A stretch of 37,277 nucleotides of DNA from Octopus bimaculoides (Eukaryota). Position numbers and translations under genes: made by a program. Under the pieces are notes generated by a model. That model was not told the DNA's origin. It did no database searches and was given only the letters and a program-made list of their open reading frames with translations. Shown piece after piece: positions 25,160 through 35,845 of the stretch. Numbering within the stretch: position 1 is the first letter of the stretch; every line of letters starts with the position of its first letter. The stretch spans positions 36,112,772 through 36,150,048 of the forward strand of contig NC_068983.1 in NCBI RefSeq assembly GCF_001194135.2, given 5' to 3'.

Positions 25160-25532
25160 NNNNNNNNNNNNNNNNNNNNNNNNNNNNNNNNNNNNNNNNN
25201 NNNNNNNNNNNNNNNNNNNNNNNNNNNNNNNNNNNNNNNNNNNNNNNNNNNNNNNNNNNNNNNNNNNNNNNNNNNNNNNNNNNNNNNNNNNNNNNNNNNN
25301 NNNNNNNNNNNNNNNNNNNNNNNNNNNNNNNNNNNNNNNNNNNNNNNNNNNNNNNNNNNNNNNNNNNNNNNNNGTAAAAGCACCCACTACACTCTCTGAG
25401 TGGTTGGCGTTAGGAAGGGCATCCAGCTGTAGAAACTCTGCCAAATCAGATTGGAGCCTGGTGTAGCCATCTGGTTTCACCAGTCCTCAGTCAAATCGTC
25501 CAACCCATGCTAGCATGGAAAGCGGACGTTAA

Positions 25533-25563
<31 letters not shown>
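24806..25563 (+). mobile_element. 5'-truncated RTE LINE 3' UTR with an expanded minisatellite and a (GAC)n tail
   Basis: Monomer identical in type to the sequence after the RTE stop codon at 8197; conserved terminus ...gcatggaaagcggacgttaaac(gac)n; possible TTAG TSD at 24802-24805 and 25565-25568. Confidence 0.85.
25160..25373. other. Assembly gap (N run); other gaps at 8334-8480, 19165-19237 and 30828-30837
   Basis: N runs, all within or beside repeats. Confidence 1.
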
Positions 25564-26100
25564 TTTAGTGTCCTATTTATAGGACAGTGGGACTTAATGG
25601 GTTAAGCTGGTGTTTGGAACATTTATTAACATGAAGTTTTGATGGAAGGTTTTTATTTAAATCACTTCAAACAGTAAGTTTCCATTACAGAAGCAAGAGT
25701 CTTCTCAGGTCAGTAGGTGCCAAGGGGGTTGAATGGGTTGAGATATTTAGTTACCCCCACTTTACAACTTAAGTTCAATTTCCACTGTGGATAGCTTTGT
25801 ATTTAATTTGGTGGTGGTGGAGGGGGACTTATCTGATTGTATTAATTATTCTGAGGTCAACTTTACCTTCCGTCCTTTCCAGGTCAAGGGTCAATGTAAT
25901 CAACTTCCCCACCCTTGCCAGTACAAGAAAGAGTTATTATAGTTCTGCGGAGGTCAACCTTGCCTTTTATCCTTTCCAGGTCTGTAAAATAAGTAACAGT
26001 TGAACACTGGGGTTGATGTAATCAACTATCCCCTTCCCGTTAAAATTACTGGTTTTGTGCCAAAAATTATAATTTTTGCACCCTAACCACTAGGCCATTT

Positions 26101-26390
26101 GCCTAGTGGTTAGGGTGTTGCACTCACAATCACAAGATCGTGGTTTCAATTCCTAGACCGGGTGGTGCATTGTGTTCCTGAGCAAAACACTTCATCTCAC
26201 ATTACTCTGCAATCACTTCCACACCTGACGCATGGTACACTATGCACCTGATCAGGCAACATTGATTTGATGGAGAGAGGGAGCTAAAGTGCAGCATGAA
26301 CATTTGATCATTATAAACAAATCATTTGTACAGGTTGTTTCACAAAAGCTGAGCACTCACGCATCATCTGTGATGGGAAAGTCCATTGTT
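26101..26390 (+). mobile_element. tRNA-derived SINE (family of 21530-21830 and of the minus-strand copy at about 6550-6820)
   Basis: gcctagtggttagggtgttgcactcac...ggtttcaattcc head; shared body ...catttgatca.tataaacaaatca. Confidence 0.8.
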
Positions 26391-26414
26391 ATTATTATAT
26401 GCACATAAAATACA

Positions 26415-26652
26415 CCATTTTGAGCGTGGTCGTTGCCAGTACCGCCTGACTGGCCTTCGTGCGGGTGACACATAAAAGCACCCACTACACTCTGAGTGGT
26501 TGGCGTTAGGAAGGGCATCCAGCTGTAGAAACTCTGCCAAATCAGATTGGAGCCTGGTGTTGCCATCCGGTTTCACCAGTCCTCAGTCAAATCGTCCAAC
26601 CCATGCTAGCATGGAAAGCAGACGTTAAACGATGATGATGATGATGATGATG
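26415..26652 (+). mobile_element. Young RTE 3'-UTR insertion with a single monomer
   Basis: Nearly identical to 25374-25540 and to the reverse complement of 18635-18845. Confidence 0.85.
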
Positions 26653-26954
26653 ATTTATTTATATCCTGTTACCAATCTAAGAAATACAGGATGTATACTG
26701 CATCAGGTGATTCTTTAATAGGTCTCCAGTGACATTAATTGATTAAAAATAACAATTAAAAATTTTGTAAAGGTTGTATCTATTGGATATATTGAACAAT
26801 AATTGTGCAGCAATAATATAACACAGAAAGATAATAGGACAGTTTAGTAAGTAATACAATACAATTAAGTTTCTGTATTATATATCATACTAGCTGGTCC
26901 TGTGCTGTAAAAAAATGATGGCTAATTGTAGTACTTTATATATAAACATGGTAC

Positions 26955-27310
26955 ATAATAATCACAGATACAAACATTCACATACTTCCCTTGTACATGC
27001 ACACACATACACAGATATACTCACACAGAGTTGAAACGCTGTTTGATTTTTCTTTTCAGCGTTGAATGTTCACCATCCCACTTCCATTGCATACACACAC
27101 ACACAAACATTCACATGACTCCCTTTTACACACACACACACACACACACACTGAGTTGAAACGCTGTTTGATTTCTATTTTTTCACTGTAGAACTTCCAT
27201 CATCCCACTACCAAGTTCACCATCACCCCTTCCTTCCTTATTCATCTATCACTCCCTCCTTATTCATTTATCACCTCTTCTTTCTCATTCATGTGATGTA
27301 ACAGAGAAAT
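26955..27310. repeat. Interspersed repeat, inverted relative to the copy at about 18130-18450
   Basis: gagttgaaacgctgtttgatttttcttttcagcgttgaatgttcaccatcccacttccattgc is the reverse complement of about 18320-18385. Confidence 0.8.
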
Positions 27311-27582
27311 ACACAAGAGTATTGTTATAGTAGATACCTTGGTCTGCTCAGTGGGAAAAGGCTAAGGCACAAGAGAAACCAAATCTAGCATCCTGGAGTT
27401 CAGTGTCCAACTACTTACTTAAGAATATTATTTTTTTACTTCAGAGAGCTAAAAGCTAAGCTTACTAAGACAGGTTTAGTACAGTAGTAAGTTACTAAAG
27501 AGACCATTGTCTATAAAGACTGGTGATGTACTACACAGTCAGACTATCTCTTAATTTGACATACTGATATTTGTAGGTGTAT

Positions 27583-28030
27583 ATGTGATTGTGTGGTTAA
27601 GAAGCTTGCGTCCCAACCACATAGTTTCAGGTTCAGTCTCACAGCATGGCACCTTGGGCAACTGTCTTCTCTTATGGTTCCAAAGCCTTGTAAGAGTGGA
27701 TTGGCAGAGGGAAACTGAAAGAAGATCGTAGTGTGTGCATGTAGGTGTGTATGTATGCAATAACGCATGTAGATGCAAGTGTGTGTGTGTGTGTGTGTGT
27801 GTATTTGTTTGGGACTCATTGCGTTGACATTGTGTGATTGTTGTAAATAAATGTTTTTCATTTCCAACATTCTGTGAAAACATGTCTGGCCACGGAGAAA
27901 CATTTCCTTGCTTACAAACAGTTAAAGTTTGACATCAGGAAAGGCATCTAGCTATAGAAAATCTGCCTCAATAAATTCCATCTGACCCGTGCAAGCATGG
28001 AAAAGTGGATGTTAAACACTGATGATGATA
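27583..28030 (+). mobile_element. Composite SINE: main-family tRNA head + (TG)n + RTE-like (GAT)n tail
   Basis: Head gtggttaagaagcttgcgtcccaaccac...; tail ...gcaagcatggaaaagtggatgttaaa..gatgatgat; the same arrangement occurs inverted at 4440-4842. Confidence 0.7.
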
Positions 28031-28100
28031 TTAAATTTAATGAAGAATTATAGTTACAACTTTGTATGCCCTACAGGATCAGGAAAAGGATCTTTGGCTA

Positions 28101-28228
28101 TGAATTTCTGAAACTCTCCTGATAAGTTCTTCAAATGATTTATCGGAGAAAAGAGATCGAGGATTCTTTTGGTTACTTTTGGAAATGGTTGTTTGATTGC
28201 ATCTTGTGCAAGATTTCTTTGATATTTT
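28101..28228 (-). pseudogene. Degenerate partial duplicate of the 5' part of the 29280-30003 exon
   Basis: Aligns with 29837-29989 (gaatttctgaaactctcctgataagttcttc...atcggagaaaagag...ggattcttttggttacttttggaaa...gcatcttgtgca); carries a 22-nt deletion and a 3-nt deletion, so the frame is shifted. Confidence 0.85.
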
Positions 28229-28384
28229 GGGAGAATTTTAAAGGGATGATTTTACTTGTATGCTAGAAAATGACCCTTAGAAATTCACTCAACAGTCCAA
28301 CCTGAATAACACAATTTGGTTTTGGATTGAAAAAGACATTTAAATAAATTCTTAACTATTTTATTGTTTATCTTGCATCTTTTG

Positions 28385-28695
28385 CTCACTTCAGTTATTG
28401 GACTGCAGCCATGCTAGAGCATCGCCTTGAAGGGCTTAGCTGAATACATTGACCCTGGTACTTATATTTTTTAAGTCTGATACTTATTTTGGTGGTGGTG
28501 GTTGCAGTGGGTGGGTGGGTGACAAACACGAACATACACAATGGGCTACATCACAGTTTCCATCTACCATACTCAATCACAAGGCATTGGTCTGCTAGGG
28601 GCTATAATAGAAAACATTTGCCCAAGGTGTTGCACAGTGGGACTGAACCCAAAACCATGTGGTTGCAAAGTGAGCTTCTTAATCACACAGCCACG
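28385..28695 (-). mobile_element. Main-family SINE, degenerate
   Basis: Similarity to 6073-6468. Confidence 0.7.
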
Positions 28696-28812
28696 AGACA
28701 ATAAAAGACATGCAGGCTATTCCAACAACAACAAAACAAAACACCACCACCATTGCTGCTATCACCATTTTGATGGAGATATTTTATATTGAATACACCT
28801 GTATTTTCTCTT

Positions 28813-28830
28813 AATAATAATAATAATAAC

Positions 28831-28862
<32 letters not shown>
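28813..28862. repeat. (AAT)n microsatellite
   Basis: Directly visible. Confidence 0.95.
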
Positions 28863-28863
<1 letters not shown>

Positions 28864-29279
28864 CGTCATTCAACACAAAACATCCCTACAAGAATATGGA
28901 TCTTTGAAAATAACTTAATGGTCGATGAAACCATTCCAAACAAAGTTAAAAAAATGATTCAACAGAAGCTTTATTTTTTTTGCTATCTTCTTAAGAAAAT
29001 CCAACTGTCAATGCATATAAACAGTAAAACTAGATATATCTCTAAGCAACCTTTGGACTTGCTACATCTGTTCTGTTGAGTGTTCTATATTCACATAACT
29101 AGGTTTTTGTGAGAAAGTTAAAGTATGTAAACGAAAAAGGATAAACACAAGCATTTCCAAAACGTGAAACAGAATGAGAAAGAATTTGTTATGAAAAGAA
29201 CCAATAAATGAATGAATAATGCTATAATATCAGCAGAAAAATGGTCTTTCAGTGAGCAAGAACTGAAAGACACACATAC

Positions 29280-30003
29280 CTTTAGTCTTAGCCACAATAC
29301 ATTTATCGGATGATTTTTGCCCATTGTCCAATTCACTGGACTTTTTCTTTTTCAGTTTTTTCCCTGTACACAGAGTAGAAGAAACTTGTTTAAGGTCTAA
29401 ATTTGAGAGCTGTTTTACAGATTGTCCTTCAACTATATACATTTTATCATCATTGATTTCCAAATCTGTTGCTACACTTTCACCAATTCCTGAGCATTTT
29501 ATTATTGCTGTGTCAAGTAATTCTGTTTCTATACTCAATGTTTTTTTCCTGGATTTTTTAACCCGTCGTCTCCTACGTTTTTGTTTCAAAGAAGTCTGAC
29601 TACCTTCCTCGGAGTGTTCACATTCACAGCTTTCATTATCAGAGTCACTGCTACCTTTCAGTTCACAAAAGTCATCTTTCTCCCTAGAAATATTTTTCAA
29701 TTTGTTTCTTTCTTCAAATTCTTTTGGAATTGTTTTCTCTGCATCAGAGTTTTTCTGAGAATTTATACTTTTATGAGATCTAGATTTTTTGTTTTTTCTC
29801 TTAGTTTTAATTGCTGATAAATTTTCTCTGACTAATTGAATTTCTGAAACTCTCCTGATAAGTTCTTCTTCAAATGATTTATCGGAGAAAAGAGGTTGAG
29901 GATTCTTTTGGTTACTTTTGGAAACGGTTGCTAGAACAGGCAGCTCACCTTGTTCAATTGCATCTTGTGCAGGATTTCTTTCAATTTTACAAGACTCCAT
30001 CAT
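29280..30003 (-). CDS. Large K/S/E-rich coding exon with basic NLS-like tracts (KQKRRRRRVKKSRKK, KKLKKKK); probably the first or near-first coding exon
   Basis: Longest ORF in the window (257 aa); strong donor AAAG|gtatgt at 29279 (phase 1); ATG ATG at 30003 with an in-frame TAA just upstream. Linkage to the DIS3L2-like exons is inferred from phases only. Confidence 0.75.
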
Positions 30004-31539
30004 AAAAATAATAAAATCTATTTACACTTTATTTCTTTAAAAATGCTATATTTGTCCATTATATTTATGTAGAAATAAAAGAAGAAAGAATTTCAAATTC
30101 ATATGAATTGAAATATATATATATATGGTTAAATTTTCAATATAACTGTTTTTCTAATTATTTTATGAGACTGAGTTAATAGAAATTTGAATGAACATGT
30201 TAAGCCGAATTTAAAAGTTAGGTTAATGTTGAAATAAAAACAAATGTTAGAGATCTTTCATTATAATTTCTGATGTATTTTTTAAAAAGGATATGTTGAT
30301 ATAAGGCAGATTTTGATTCTTGACACCAAAGGGATGTATATGGCATATAAATTGTGTGCCTTCAGTTGATACGCAAAACAAATCTGGTAGCCACAGTAGA
30401 GTAGACGCAATGCTGACAATGGCGGTGATAGAAAATATAACCCAGTCTTATTGTACGGTGACCAAGGATGGCATATATTTGTCTTTTTTCCTAGATACTT
30501 TTCTTCTCAATAATTCCCCAAAAACCTTTCCACTAACAGAGACGATGCCTAGGAATAAAGAAAATATTACAAAATAGTTTCCCAGAAATAAGAGTATTTA
30601 CAAAAGTAGCGAGGACAAAAATAGTTTACTGGAATTTTTGCGAAAGCAGGGAAGAGAGAGAAACTTTGGTAGTTATGAAAGTTTATGACCAGTTAGGACA
30701 AATTGTGGAAACTCAAGGAAGGCAAGCAAGAAGACTTGTAGTGAGCAATTATAGAAGCATTAAACAAGGCTTGTAAACAGCTGGTCAGTATTAGATTCAA
30801 AAATGAAGTTAAACAAAAAAAAAAAAANNNNNNNNNNAAAAAAAAAAAAAAAAAGAAAAGAAAAAAAGAAAGAAAACTGTCAGTTTATTTGAAATTAAAA
30901 CATGAAATGACTTTTGAGAGCTGATGATAAGAGATTATTGTGGCCATGCTTCTACATCGATTGCATTCTGATGAACAGCTTTTCCACAGGTTTTAAATTG
31001 CCATTGTTATCATCAGTAAGTATTTACATATTAGATATAAAGTTCATATTAGGGGCTGTATATTTAGACATTTTTTGTTTTCATCCATTTTACAATTCTA
31101 GAGCAGATGGGTTAATTTAAATATTTAGATATTTTCATATCACCAAAGTAATTATTTCAATGCAGGCACAGTCAATTGGTTATCATATAATTGTCGATGA
31201 ATAACCAATTAAGACAAGAAATTAATAATGCTATTCATCAGTTAAATTGCCAGTCAGAGATATAATCACAATCAAATGTTGAAAAGGCAGCAAAATGAAA
31301 GGAGGAGGGAATCAGATCAGAAAAAAACATGCAAAATTAGGGAAAATGTAGAAATTCGGGCTTTGAGGCTTTAAGGATAGAGAAAATATTGATGAAATAT
31401 AAGAAAATTACTTCAATGCTGCTTGTAATCCCTATTTGCAATCAAAATGGATACAAATATAAAGGAAGACAGCAGGATTAAAATATAGAGCAGCATAGCA
31501 TTGAGATATTTACTTCAGAATTATGGTGCAGCTGTAATA

Positions 31540-31747
31540 TAAGATAGGTCTTGGATTATTCAGTCAAGTGTAATGCTTATTTATTCATTGTTTTAGGTTA
31601 ATTATGCATTACCTCATAGCTTTGATATTTCAATAATGTGATTGTTCATTTTTAGAATGACAGTGTAGGGAAGGAGTGAGAAGCTAAATCTGCTGGTTTT
31701 AACAGAAAACAGGCAGAATATGGTTGGTTTAAATGCTAAAGAGTTAA
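31540..31747. mobile_element. Degenerate TTAA MITE, same family
   Basis: Right end ggtttaaatgctaaagagttaa; interior aligns with 15453-15627. Confidence 0.65.
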
Positions 31748-33419
31748 AGCTTTAGGCTTAACTTTCATTTTAATTAATGATTTCTTTGAAAAAGTGGAAT
31801 AAGAACATACACAAAAACATAGAGAGAGAGAGAGAGAGAGAGAGGGGGGGAGAGGGAATAGGGAGAAGGAGGTAAGGAGAAAGTAATCTTTAACACTAAA
31901 ATGTAACAAATGGCAGGAATCATTACAAAATCTGTTCAAGATGTACAAAAAAAAAAGGGCTTCCATCAATCAGGATTGATCTTATATCTGCACCTGCAGG
32001 AGTTTTTGTTTGTTTTTTAGTTGCTTTTATATCTTTTGAACTTGTTTTGAATATTATCAGCTGCCTGTGCCTGCAAGTCTTCATCTCCATTCCATTGATG
32101 TTGGTAAAAAGAGAAGCCACTGCTTTAGGGCCAAAACAGCTCAATGCCAGATTTAGCTACTTAAGCTACACAATGGTAACTTTACCCACATGCAATATGT
32201 GACTGGTAAATAAATTACAATCCATGTGATTGGTAAATAAAACTCCCTCTAGTATGTGCTTAAAAATCTATAAACAAGGGATTGTCTCTTAGATGAGTTT
32301 GTTTAGAACCTCTACACAGAGTTTTGTCTATTGCACAATTAATCCCAACATATCAATATTTTTCAACTCAGTTTGACATACATGAGTCTTTGCCATGTTT
32401 GTATTTAGTATACAGACAACTATCCTGAGGGATTTTTATTTTTGTTACCTCAGCCATATTATTATAATTAGCTACTCTAATTCTGGTGTGACCAGTGGCT
32501 AACACTCGGTCATAGGTTAAAAGTCCAAGCTAAACAAAGTATGCTAACGAAAACAGCATATTATATTTAGCTTGAAAATGATGACTATCTTTGCACAGGA
32601 AATGTTTACAGCATATAAAACTCAAAAGAGAAATTACCTCTATTTTATTCTATGTTCCTTGACCTTCAGAAATATTTTGTCTGCATAAAGTGATTAAATG
32701 ATTAATATATTCCTGTATATAGTCCAAGGAAGGAGGTTTTTAAAAAAAACTTTTACTGTTTCACATGGAATTTTTTTAATAAATTAATACATTAGTACAA
32801 GTGAGGGAGCTTTTTTTTTAATGATTTGGGACAATTTGAATATTGTAAGAGCAGTTCAGATGTTACAAAAGAGATATTTAGAGAGTAACTGGGAGAGAAA
32901 GACAGGTCACAGTTGATTTGGAGTTACTTTTATCAGATCTATATTATTACATTTGATGGATAATATTATGAAAACAAAGGGTAATGGAAAACTTCTCAAT
33001 TACACCTGTCTAAACTATGTCAAAATAGTATGGCAGAAATTAAATTCATTATAAATGATGATGACAATGATGGTGATGTTTTACATGGTGATGATGATGA
33101 TGAAATTGAATTTAGAATGTTAAATCTTTTTTCTTTGATGCTAAAATAAAAACTGAAATGAAGTATGATTGATGCTAAATAGCAAACACACATACACTAG
33201 ACACACACATACAAGTAGCAAAAAAAAAAAAGAACCAACTTTGCTAGCTGGTCACTGCAACCAGCTGTGAAATGTATCCAATGAAATTACCATAGTATAA
33301 AATATCAAAACTGACATATTTGTCATATTATTGTGATATTGTGAAAATGGCATTCAACGTCAACTTTCACCAAACACTAATTAAAAATAAATTGAATAAA
33401 CATCTATATAATTAATAAT

Positions 33420-34230
33420 CATTACCGTTGTTTAATGTCTGTTTTTTATACTGGCATAGGTTGGATGGTTTGACTGAGGACTGGCAAGCCAAGAGGCTGC
33501 ACCAGGCTCCAGTCTGATCTGGTAAGGTTTCTACAGCTGGATGCCCCTCCTAATGCCAACCACTCTGAGTGTAGTGGGTGCATTTTACATACCACCTGCA
33601 CAGGAGCCACTCAGGCAGCACTGGCATCGGCCATGTTCATCCAATATATTTAACAACATTCTACATTTAGTAACCAAATAAAACAGGTGAGCCAAATTAT
33701 AATCATAATAAACAAGAAGGATTTATCTTTTCATAAAAAAGCACAATTCAAGCATGGCTGATGCCAGTGCCACCTGACTGGCAACTGTGCCAGTGGCACG
33801 TAAAGAGCACCATTCAAGCATGGTTGATACCAGTGCTGCCTGATTGGCACCCATGCCGGTGGCACGTAAAAAGCACCATTTGAACATGGCCGATACCAGT
33901 GCTGTGTAATTGGCACCTGTGCCAGTGGCATATAAAATGCACTATTCAAGCATGGCTGATACCAGTGCTGCCTGATTGGCACCCATGCTGGTGGCACGTA
34001 AAAAGCACCATTCGAGCATGACCAATGCCAGTGCTGCCTGACTAGCTCTTGTGCTCTTTAAAAAGCACCCACTACACTCTCGGAGTGGTTGCTGTTAGGA
34101 AGGGCATCCAGCTGTAGAAACCTTGCCAAATCAGATTGGAGCCTGGTGCAGCCCCCAGGCTTGCCAGTTCTCAGTCAAACCGTCCAACCCATGCCAGCAT
34201 GGAAAGCAAACATTAAACGATGATGATGAT
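33420..34230. repeat. Inverted pair of RTE 3'-end copies; the plus copy has about five ~66-bp monomers
   Basis: Minus copy 33420-33640; plus copy 33735-34230 with repeated aagcaccattcaagcatggttgataccagtgctgcctgattggcacccatg units. Confidence 0.8.
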
Positions 34231-35451
34231 GACTTATAACTATTTTGTAAACTAAAATAAAAAAAAATATTGGCCACACAATCACAGGAAATATACAATG
34301 AAAATTTTTTAATTTTCTTAAATTAAACAACAGGGATGAAAATTGTTTATTCTGAAGTAAGAGAAGTTGTAGCAGATCTAGCAAAATGTCTTTGCATTAG
34401 TGTTGTGATGAAATATCACTGGTTGTCAGATAACCTTTGAGTATAACAGAAGATCCTCATTAATGAATCAGTCATATATATGTTCTGAGTTCAAATTACA
34501 CTAGTAATCAACTTTGCACTTCACCACTTCAGCTCACTATAATTAGTACTAGATGTATACTGGTATCAGCTTATCAACTATACTGCCTTTCTACAAATTT
34601 GTGGCCTTGTGCCAATGTAAGAAATACTTATTATGAGGGTTGTTGGCAGAAATGTTAGAGTGTCACATTCTACAATATGTAACTACAGATCTTTATGTTC
34701 AGAGTTCAAACGATACTAAGTTCGACTTTGCCTTCCATCCTTCTGGGGTTGATAAAATAAAGTGTCAGTCAAATACTTGATTTGATTCCAATCGATTACA
34801 TCAGCCACCAAAATGTATGGCTTTGTGCCAATGAGAAAAATCATCATCACGACATAGGAAAGGTTGTGCACCATATTTAGATACTGACATGGAACTGTTC
34901 ATGTCTTAAAATAAACTAATAACAATGGTAAAAGTAAAACTTGCCCTAAAGCTAACTCAGAAAGAGCAAGATGCCTGGTGATAGGAGGTTCTTGGGAAGA
35001 CATGCTCACATCAGTAAACTGAGTTCTAGAAGCGCTGTGTGTTCCACTCACACATAAGAAAACTTTCCATACTCCCTACCCCAACAAACCAAACTACATC
35101 TCCACATCTCTTCTCTTCCTCACATGTCTACTTCATGCTCTATGCTTACGTCCCACTCCCCAATCTTGTCCTCTTGGCCCTGTTTCACTGTATCATTGCT
35201 ATCCACTAACTCCCACCCCCACCAACCTGTGTGTTCCACCCACACGTAACAAAAAAACTTTTCACACACCCTACCCCAACAAACCACTCATGTGTAGCAA
35301 GAAAACTTCTCACACACCCTACCCCAAAAAACCAAACTACATATCTACATCTCTTCTCTTCCTCACATTTCCTCCTTCATGCACAATGTACACAAACTGA
35401 AGGAAGCCTGTCGTATATGTATGTATTTGTGCATGTATACTCTTCTCTGGA

Positions 35452-35845
35452 TGTGGAGGCGCAATGGCCCAGTGGTTAGGGCAGCGGACTCGCGGTCATA
35501 GGATCGCGGTTTTGATTCCCAGACCGGGTGTTGTGAGTGTTTATTGAGCGAAAACACCTAAAGCTCCACGAGGCTCCGGCAGGGGATGGTGGTGAACCCT
35601 GCTGTACTCTTTCACCACAACTTTCTCTCACTCTTACTTCCTGTTTCTGTTGTGCCTGCAATTCAAAGGGTCAGCCTATTCACACTGTGTCACGCTGAAT
35701 ATCCCCGAGAACTACGTTAAGGGTACACGTGTCTGTGGAGTGCTCAGCCACTTGCATGTTAATTTCACGAGTAGGCTGTTCCATTGATCGGATCAACTGG
35801 AACCCTCGACGTCGTAAGCGACGGAGTGCCAGCAACAACAACAAC
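35452..35845 (+). mobile_element. Young full-length tRNA-derived SINE with (AAC)n tail
   Basis: A-box-like tggcccagtgg, B-box-like ggttttgattcc; CpGs retained; 13-bp TSD actcttctctgga at 35439-35451 and 35844-35856. Confidence 0.88.

Larger units (their letters stand above)
24633..25601. mobile_element. TTAA-flanked piggyBac-like MITE (second family) interrupted by an RTE 3'-end insertion
   Basis: TTAA at 24629-24632 and 25602-25605; TIRs cccattaactccca / tgggacttaatggg; subterminal palindrome tgtcctataaatagga / tgtcctatttataggaca. Confidence 0.8.
24304..25735. mobile_element. Older TTAA-type MITE (third family) split by nested insertions
   Basis: Left end ttaaccctttcgatacc; degenerate right end ggtgccaagggggtt; interior apparently resumes at 25606 after the nested element. 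Confidence 0.55.

Noticed and set aside
28900-29010. Candidate exon LDFLKKIAKKIKLLLNHFFNFVWN
   Set aside because: It starts in phase 0 whereas the upstream donor is phase 1; the frame depends on homopolymer lengths and there is no good donor.
31990-32115. Possible further upstream exon (…KTSSKDIKATKKQTKTPA|gtgcag) and an IQ-motif-like reading DLQAQAADNIQNKFKRYK in another frame
   Set aside because: Weak acceptor, the IQ-like frame is closed by stops, and joining to the 30 kb exon needs a poor acceptor.
35452-35525. tRNA gene
   Set aside because: A/B boxes are present but continue into a SINE body with a tail and TSD; no complete cloverleaf is evident.
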